20,000 nucleotides of DNA from Vicugna vicugna. Lineage: Eukaryota. A program made the translations under genes and the position numbers. The stretch spans positions 1,735,674-1,755,673 of the forward strand of contig MU058257.1 in the NCBI GenBank assembly GCA_013265495.1, written 5' to 3'. Position 1 is the stretch's first letter. Each line of letters starts with the position of its first letter. Of this stretch, positions 12,121 through 20,000 are shown one piece after another. The notes beneath the pieces are model-generated. The model had not been told where the DNA came from, did no database searches, and saw only the letters and a program-made list of their open reading frames with translations.

Positions 12121-13099
12121 GGGATGTGGACTTTCTACAAACAATTCAAATGATGCTACAATTTACTGCTTTTGTTTCGATAACAAAGGAATTCAAATCT
12201 CAAAACTTTCTCTTATCAGGCACATACATGATCATGTATTAAATAAGGAGAAACAGAGAGCCTCAAAAGAAATTAAAATTAGATTTCTGTCACTTACAAG
12301 CTCACTGTAAGTTAAGCAGCAATCCATTTCTTAACAGAGCAGGGTCTAGTCACGCTTTAAGAACCCCTTTCATTATCACCAGGTAAGCTCACCTGAACGG
12401 CCCTTACTCCAGATACAAAGAATACGGGCGCCAGCACCCCGGGGCTTCTCCCCCGTCGTCCGTCACCCGGAGCCAGGGCGCAGAAGCCCCGACACAGCAC
12501 ACTCGGGCGTGGTTTCTACCAACAGGGAAGCACCGCCCTGCCGGACATGGGTTACTGTTCAGGACTTGATGCCAAAACAAGCACGGTAACGCTCTACACT
12601 TCACACACAGGTAATAAAAAACACCTGAGACAGGATCACACTGAATTTTTAAAATCAACGCAAGTCTCTTACCTGAAAGTCCCGCCATGCGTGCATTTCA
12701 AAAGCAAAATTCGTAACAACACATTTGGAAACACTAACAGGAAACATCTGACGGGCAGTGGTGTCATTAACGCAGAAGGGGCACAAAGCAACGGCGGTCA
12801 CGAGGGCGACAGGGAAGGCAAGCGGGAAGGCTGGGCTCTGACCGACACGTGCCGGTGGCTACCGGCTACCTGCCCAAACCCCAGTACATTTTACAAGTTT
12901 CTTTTTCTCAACTTTCTCCTACGTGAGGACCCGGGCCAGACGGTCCCCACAGAATCCGGGTTCTGCCCAGGAAGCAGCAGCTGCCAGTCTCCGCACAGCC
13001 CCTCCGCGCCCAGCCCCGGTCTAGACACAGTTTGTCCCCGGGGGGGTGCCCATTGCCCTCCTCCAGCCCCTCCCCTGCAGGGCGGGACAGACAGGAAGG

Positions 13100-13285
13100 T
13101 GTCTCACAAGGCCAGCGCCAGAACAGAACGCGCATGACACTGCTCTTGGTCAAAACAAAATTACACCCAAGTGTGACAAAGGAAGTGCCTGACACCACAT
13201 TTAAGTCACCTGCAGCACCAGAGGCAGAAGGGAAGGCAGTGGTGAGAGCGGGAAGGGACCCTTCCTGTTGACCATCCCCCGACTC
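13100..13285 (-). mobile_element. Probable MLT1 (ERVL-MaLR) LTR fragment
   Basis: aaggccagcgccagaac...ctcttggtcaaaacaa...aagtcac resembles the MLT1 reverse-orientation motifs aaggcctaggctcagaac...ctattggtcaaagcaagtcac. It is highly decayed. Confidence 0.4.
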
Positions 13286-14004
13286 CACATGCCGCTCAGG
13301 TGCACGTGAGACCCCCGGTCACCACCTCACCGTCAGTCCCAGGGCCGGCCCGCGGGGAGAGGTGAAGCCCCGCGTTTGCTGTGTTCTCTAAGTCGGCCGT
13401 GGTGCCCAGAGGGGCCCCAGAAGGGCCAGGAGTTCCCAGGAGCTGAGGGTGCTCCCTGACGGCAAATGACAGATCAGGAAGAACCAGCCAGGGAGAAACT
13501 GAGACCAGACCCAGCCCGGCGCTCGGGGTCTCGCAGCACAGCCGCAGTGACCGGGGCTGGACGCGCCGTGGGAACACCGCGGGGCTCCGTGACTTGGTGA
13601 GTGTCAGCCGAGGAAACAGACCCACCCACCGGGAGAGAGCAGGTGCAGGCTGACTGTGCTGCTTCAGTCAGTGGCCAGTGGACCCTCTGGCTTTTTTTTT
13701 TAACTGAATTTAATTTACATGATATAAAACTGCCTAAAATCCTATTTCACTTACTAATCTTTAAAGCCTTCCTGGAAATGGAAAAGGTGGATTATTAAGG
13801 TTACAAGATGTTTTACCTTGTGCAGGACACACAGCAAAAGATTCCAGAAAGTGTGGATGACCATCATCAAAAGTCACTTGAGGATATAAAATCTAAAACA
13901 CATCTTAGTAAGTTTGCTACAGTTTTAATGGCAGCTGTTTGAGGTCGCACAGTCTGCCTTATCCTAGGCTTTTACGTGATCTAATGGTCCCCCTGGTGGA
14001 AAAG

Positions 14005-14500
14005 GGTGTGCTAGTCTCAGTTGCTGAGTAACAAGTCACCCCCAAATCCAAACAAGGACAGCGACCACCGCGACCCGACTGAGGCTCGCAGAACCAGCAG
14101 CCACAGAGAGCACGTGAAACGGCCCCCAGGGCGGCCGTACCTGCGCTGTCAGGAAGCCTCTGCCCAGCCTTAAAGCCCCTGCTGACACCCATTGGTGAGC
14201 ACCTGCATCTCCACACGAGCAGCGTCTGGAGTGGGGCATGGACGGGGGCGCGGGGGGCGCATTCCCTGTGCTGCAGAAACCTGCCACCCCGCCGTGTGCT
14301 GCCAGACACAGGGGTCCGCTCAGCTCAGAGCTCCCAGGATGGAGGCACCCCACTCCCACGGCGACCGAGGCCCAGGACCACACCCGGGGCGAGGGGGCGC
14401 GGCACAGAGGCACCTCAGAGCCCATTTACATCCGCTCCACTTACTCAGACGGAAGATAAGAGCAAAGCAGGGTCGCGCCGGGGGAGGGGAGCCCCTAAGT
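14005..14500 (-). mobile_element. Probable MLT1 (ERVL-MaLR) LTR remnant
   Basis: tgtgctagtctcagttgctgagtaacaagtcacccccaaa resembles the MLT1 end tgtattagttatctattgctgcgtaacaaattaccccaaa. The right boundary is a guess. Confidence 0.4.
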
Positions 14501-15954
14501 CTGTGCTCAGAAAGGAAACTGGAGTGCAGGGTACGCTCCCGGGGTCTCTCAGCTTCCGTTACAAAACCTGAGAACCCAAAACAGGGCCAGCGAGGGCACG
14601 TCAGGCCCTGAACGAGACTCGGGGCAGCCATGTCGGCACAGCTGCCGTCAAGACACGTGGAAGCAGATTTACAATCAGCTCCAAAGAGCAGGTCGTTGTG
14701 TTTAAGAGGAAGAGTGCGTGTGTCTGAAGGAAGAAAGCGTCAGGATGCCAGAGGCCGGGGCCGCGGGGCCGTGGGTGACCCCTCCTTCTCTGTCACAGGA
14801 GGCCCTGCTATATTTGTAGAAGCGAAAAACAACCAAAAAAGAGAAAAGGGAGAGGCAGGGGGAAGAGCAGCAGAACGTTTGCCCGCCTCTTCTGGCGCCA
14901 GGGCCGGGGAGGACACCCGGGGAAGGACATCCAGGGAAGGACACCCGGCTCAGCGCTTCAGAAACCTCCCAGGCTGCTCAGGCTTTGGAGCCGAACTGCA
15001 CGGAACTACCATTCAAGTCTCTGGATGGTACTCTCCCGGGGGACCGCAGGACAAGGATGCAGGGCACGGGACAAAGAGCAGAGGGGACAGAGGGTACAAG
15101 AGTCCCACGTCTGACCTGTGTGCTCCCGGCCACGGCAGCGGGATGGAAATCAAACATCCACGAACTTCGCAATACTTGTGACCTGAGAGCCTTCCTTTTC
15201 CATAGGATTTCCAGAAAACACGAGACACCGGCCAGTTCTGAGGCTGGCCCTGCGCTGACCGTCGGGAGGGCTGGCGTGAACAGAGCCCAGCAGCACCGGC
15301 CCCCGGCCCAGGGGTCCGGGAGCCCCCGGGGGGACGAGCAGTGCCTGCCGGCCTGTCTACCTTCCTCAACCCCACGGTGGAAGCCCACCCTGGGCTACAC
15401 CTGGCTGTGATGAACAGATGAGGACATGCCGCCAGCCCCACACCCCCCACCGCGTCATTTCACTTCAAGTGTAACTCGAGGGCTGCAGCTCCTCACCAGC
15501 CAGGGCTCCTAATCCGCTGACTTCTCCCCGCAGAGCCCGGGACCCAGACCCCCACCTGCTCTGTGTCGCTCCCCCACCTCCCCGTCCAAGAGGACAGACA
15601 GAAGGTTGCTGCGGGCCAGTGAAGATGGAGCTGCAGTGTGTCGGCGCCTCAGAGGCGCCCAGGAGGAAAGGGAGATTCCTGGAGCCCTGCCCACGGGAGG
15701 ACACTGGGGTACAGCCGGGCAGCACCCCCAAGGCCAGCACTGGGCTCAGAGCAGAGACCCCGCATGTGGCCTGTGGAGACAGTCATCACCGTGACGGCCC
15801 GAGTTGTAAGAAAGATATTACCTGTGGCTAAAATAAAGGGGGAACGGCATGGAAACCTCTTAAAGGTATTTCCATTTAAAACGTTGCAATTTTAACTTTC
15901 CAAAACTTAGAATTAAGTCCAAGGCACCAAAAAAATTATTGTGCCCTGGGTTCA

Positions 15955-16563
<609 letters not shown>

Positions 16564-16852
16564 CTACTAAGACATTCTAACAAGCAGGCAGCATATACAA
16601 TACATCTGAAAACCTCACGTCCCAGCCCGTCTGAAGAAAAGGAGGCTGCCTGCCGTGGTGGCGCAAAGCCATCGCTACAAACACGTCTAAGCACATGGAC
16701 ACAGAAGAGCGCTGACATGAGCACAAGTCCGTTTCTGTAAAGAGGACATATGCACAAAGACATACCCCCAAATACACCCCAAAACCGGCACCCGTATCCC
16801 CAACAGGGAGCGGGCCTGGGGGAAGGAAGACAAAGGGACTTAATTCTAAACG

Positions 16853-16928
16853 TCACACACGTCTGCTTGGGTGTCTGGGTGTGCGTGCACACTCACGTAT
16901 GTGCATATGCACACATGCACACACACAC
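16853..16928. repeat. Mixed degenerate (TG)n/(CA)n simple repeat
   Basis: gggtgtgcgtgcacactcacgtatgtgcatatgcacacatgcacacacacac is mostly alternating purine-pyrimidine. Confidence 0.7.
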
Positions 16929-17191
16929 TAGAACATAAAGCCAGGCCCTAAAATTGTCTGAGGAAAGAACATAGTTGTTTTCAAGCTTCTACAACCTGTC
17001 CCATTCATACCCAAATGAGAACACCCTGAACTGTCTTTCACCATGAGCTCCTGAATTGTCCACAGCACAGAATTACTGATAAAAAGTTCAAGCCAGGTTT
17101 CAACACTCCATTTTCCCCACCTGATCAGCTGTGCTTGGTACAGCTCTTTCTTTAAGTGAAGGCTGGGATTGAGGAGGCAAAGGTGAAGGAC

Positions 17192-17285
17192 AGTTAAAAC
17201 ACAGGATCTGGACCCTCCCCCAGATCCGCCGACTCAGACCTTCCAGGGCTGGGGCTGGGGAATCTGGACCCTCATGAAGCCTCCA
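17192..17285. mobile_element. MER5-like (hAT-Charlie) DNA transposon fragment
   Basis: ttaaaacacaggatctggaccctccccc agatccgccgactcaga...gggctggggctggggaatctg resembles MER5A ttaaaatgcagattcctgggccccaccccagacctactgaatcaga...ggggcccaggaatctg. Confidence 0.55.
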
Positions 17286-17286
17286 A

Positions 17287-18020
17287 GAGAGAATCCTCCC
17301 TCACTGCTGGTGGGATATAAACTGGTGCAGCCACTATGGCTAACTTAAAAAACTAAAAACAAGGTTACCATATAATCCAGCAATCCCACTCCTGGGCATA
17401 TATCCAGAAAAAATGAAAATTCTAATTCGAAAAAACACCTGCACCCCAACGTTCACAGCAGCACTATTCACAATGGCCAAGACATGGAAGCACCTAAATG
17501 CTGACAGATGACTGGATGAAGAAGATCTGGTATATTTATACAATGGAATACAACTCAGCCATAAAAAATAAAATAATGCCATTTGCAGCAACATGGATGG
17601 AACTCGAGATCGTCATACTAAGTGACGTGAGTCAGACAGAAAAAGACAAATATCATGTAATATCACTTACATGTGGAATCTTTAAAAAAAATACAAATAA
17701 AAACTTACCTACAAAAAAAATAGACTCACACAGAAAACAAACTCATGGTTACCAAAGGGGACGGGGGCGGGGGAGGGCTAAACTAGGAGTTTGGGATGAG
17801 CAGACACACACTACTGTATATAAAATAGATAAACCACAGGGTCCTACTGTGTAGCACAGGGAACTACATTCAATATCTTGTAATAACCCATAATGGAAAA
17901 GAATCTAAAAAATTAGACATGTATCTATAACTGAATCACTTGGCTGTACACCTGAAGCTAACACAACACTGTAAATCAACTACATTTTAATTAAATACAT
18001 ATATCCAATAAGAAAAAAAA
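17287..18020 (+). mobile_element. 5'-truncated cetartiodactyl-type LINE-1 (ORF2 C-terminus, 3' UTR and A tail)
   Basis: ORF 17498-17854 gives DDWMKKIWYIYTMEYNSAIK.KIMPFAATWMELEIVILSDVSQTEKDKYHVISLTCGI, the L1 ORF2 end. The 3' UTR has a G-rich tract (17757-17777), cctactgtgtagcacagggaactac and ctgtacacctgaagctaacacaacactgtaaatcaactac, and ends in an A-rich tail. Confidence 0.93.
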
Positions 18021-18415
18021 GAAGTGTTAACTTACAATGTAGTTATGAAAAATGAATAAATTTTAAAATTCGTATTTTCTTGCACAGTAATGGTTAAAAT
18101 GTAAATACTCAATCTATTCGTTTCATCTAGCAATTCCAGGCTTTCAAACACAAGTAAAATAATGTTACTACTAATGACAGAAGTGCCAGTACGTATAAGG
18201 GATAAGTACTTCTATTATCCTTTCACATGTTAATCCTCCGCATTTAAAGGTTTCTTAAACATTGGGCAGATAGATCTATAGGCCAAAAACAAAATCTCAG
18301 AAATGGAAAGAATATAAATCAAAATACAGTAATGACAAACAGTAGTAATCCACATGCAAATTTACAAAAATTTAATCTCAATTAAAGGAACCCAGTTATG
18401 TCCCTGAAGTCTCTC

Positions 18416-18480
18416 TTCCCTCTCAGATGAGAAAACTGAGGCTCTGAGCGTAAGGTGCTGACGGGAAGTCACTACCAACA
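18416..18480 (-). mobile_element. MIR core fragment
   Basis: cagatgagaaaactgaggctctgag is a close match to the MIR reverse core. Confidence 0.7.
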
Positions 18481-18727
18481 AACGCTGTCAGCCAGGACGC
18501 CCCAGGGTTCACCGCGGCCCCTCTCGCGCCCATGGTGGTGTCAGCTGGCATCACAGGTGCCCATCTTCTCCCAGCCTCTTCCCGACAGCGTCACTACTTA
18601 TACTTTGCATAATGGGGATGTGCATAAAGTATTTATTTTAATAAAAAGGTTTTGACTACTTAAAAATCAAGTCTGACAAACCACTCACCCGAGTATTCCA
18701 TGACAGTCCTAAGCTCACGAACTGAAG

Positions 18728-18830
18728 TGATGGTTCTCCGAGCGGGAGCCCACCTGAGATCAGCCTCGCAACTGGTGAGAACCCCCAGTCTCGGAGTCTA
18801 CCCCGGGCCTGCCGAACCCAGATGCCTCAA
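18728..18830. mobile_element. MER5-like (hAT-Charlie) fragment
   Basis: tggttctccgagcggg...gcaactggtgagaa...agtctcggagtctaccccgggcctgccgaacccaga resembles MER5A tggttctcaaagtgtg...gaacttgttagaaa...attctcaggccccaccccagacctactgaatcaga. Confidence 0.5.
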
Positions 18831-19171
18831 GGCTAAAACGCTTTGTGTTCCTTCCACGTGTTGTTACGTGTTATGTTCTAGCTCATAAATCTATGGATTA
18901 ACGCCTTCACGAACACGTCTTAACTCAAACAGACATTCATTACTGCATCTTAAAAACATAGATGTTTGACACTCCTGTGATAACCATACAGACAAATTCC
19001 ACAGACAGGGTCAGAGACAAAGTCTCTCAGAGTCGCCTCACCTCTAAGCTCTCTGCAGAGAAGGACAGACAGCACATCTCCAGACCCAAGCCCTCCCGGC
19101 ACTTGCGTCTCAGACAGCGGCCCTCAAGCAGCCCATGACGCTGGAAGCCGCCCAATACCCCAGGAAGGTTG

Positions 19172-19333
19172 TTAATATATTTGAATTAATATAGGACCTG
19201 ATAAAAAATATTGTTCAGTTATCAGTTATTCCCAGATGGACATCCCAAAATGAATAAAAGGACGTCCATCTGGGAATAACTGATAACTGAACAATATTCT
19301 TTAACAGGTCCTATACTAATTCAAATATATTAA
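19172..19333. repeat. Long inverted repeat (74-bp arms, 14-nt spacer)
   Basis: 19172-19245 is the reverse complement of 19260-19333 at 70/74 positions with no gaps. The spacer is caaaatgaataaaa (19246-19259). Confidence 0.97.
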
Positions 19334-20000
19334 GCTTATATCCGTTATCTTCCCCCTAAAACCAACGTCTTATCTTCACTCCTGACAGCACCATCCTCCT
19401 CTGACTGAACCTAATCAATCCACAAACCTAACCTCGTTCCAGGAAATGCAGGGGGTGCAGAACGAGCCCCATGGCACCAAAGGTAACAACCAGACAAATC
19501 CAGAAGGTGAGACTTTTAACAACACAACTACACTGATCTCTCTTCAAAAAAAAAAAAAATCCATGCTGTCTAACCTCTGGGTGCAGCGTATGATCCCAGA
19601 GCAAATCCAGCAACGGGAGAAAAACTTTACAAAACAGCCCAGCACTGGGACAACTGAAGAATCTGTCACATGACGTGACAGAGCTGATAACCGGAAAACC
19701 CCCTGGGCGGGACGGGATCCGTGTACAGGAATTACATAAAACAGTCCTGTGTTTAGGCAATGTGTGAATTATTCAGGGGTGAGAAGTGTCATCATATCTG
19801 TGATTTGGTCTCAAATGGTTCTGCTCAGAAAACAATCAGTGCTGTTGCTAATGTAGATTTACGTGCACACAGGATCATTTTGAAGGGGACCGTTCTGATC
19901 TAAGAGACCTGATTCACGGTGGAGGCGTCACTGAATCCTTCTTGGGGTCAAAAAAAAAAAAAAGCCCACTGTTGTAGACATCGCAGACACAGCTCAGCTG

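Noticed and set aside
12547..15450. Many overlapping 100-200 aa ORFs on both strands
   Set aside because: These are expected from stop-codon depletion in GC-rich DNA. None resembles a protein I know.
17757..17777. G-quadruplex motif ggggacgggggcgggggaggg
   Set aside because: This is the ordinary G-rich tract of the L1 3' UTR and is explained by the element.
19172..19333. piggyBac-type MITE reading of the hairpin, because both ends are TTAA
   Set aside because: TTAA is self-complementary, so its presence at both ends follows from the inverted repeat itself. The typical CCY...RGG piggyBac termini are absent.

Overview
This is mammalian genomic DNA, almost certainly from a camelid (camel, alpaca or llama), because it carries two Vic-1-type tRNA-derived SINEs. 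The window lies inside the cell-polarity gene PARD3 on the minus strand. It contains one real coding exon: the 102-nt exon 2 (16117-16218, phase 0/0), encoding residues 41-74 of the N-terminal CR1/PB1-like oligomerisation domain. About 3.8 kb of intron 1 lies upstream and about 16 kb of intron 2 downstream. The rest is intronic, with decayed L1, L2, MIR, MER5 and MLT1 repeats. The other ORFs in the track look like chance ORFs of GC-rich DNA or L1 remnants. The main observations are: (1) a 162-bp near-perfect foldback at 19172-19333 with 74-bp arms, where 3 of 4 mismatches become G-U wobbles only in the PARD3 sense strand; (2) two amino-acid changes in this very conserved exon, Y44C and D60N, the latter in the GILDxDD motif; (3) a pervasive AT->GC shift in the repeats, including the lineage-specific SINEs, suggesting GC-biased gene conversion; (4) several candidate splicing elements around exon 2. 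Reference protein and repeat consensus sequences were recalled from memory, not aligned by software.
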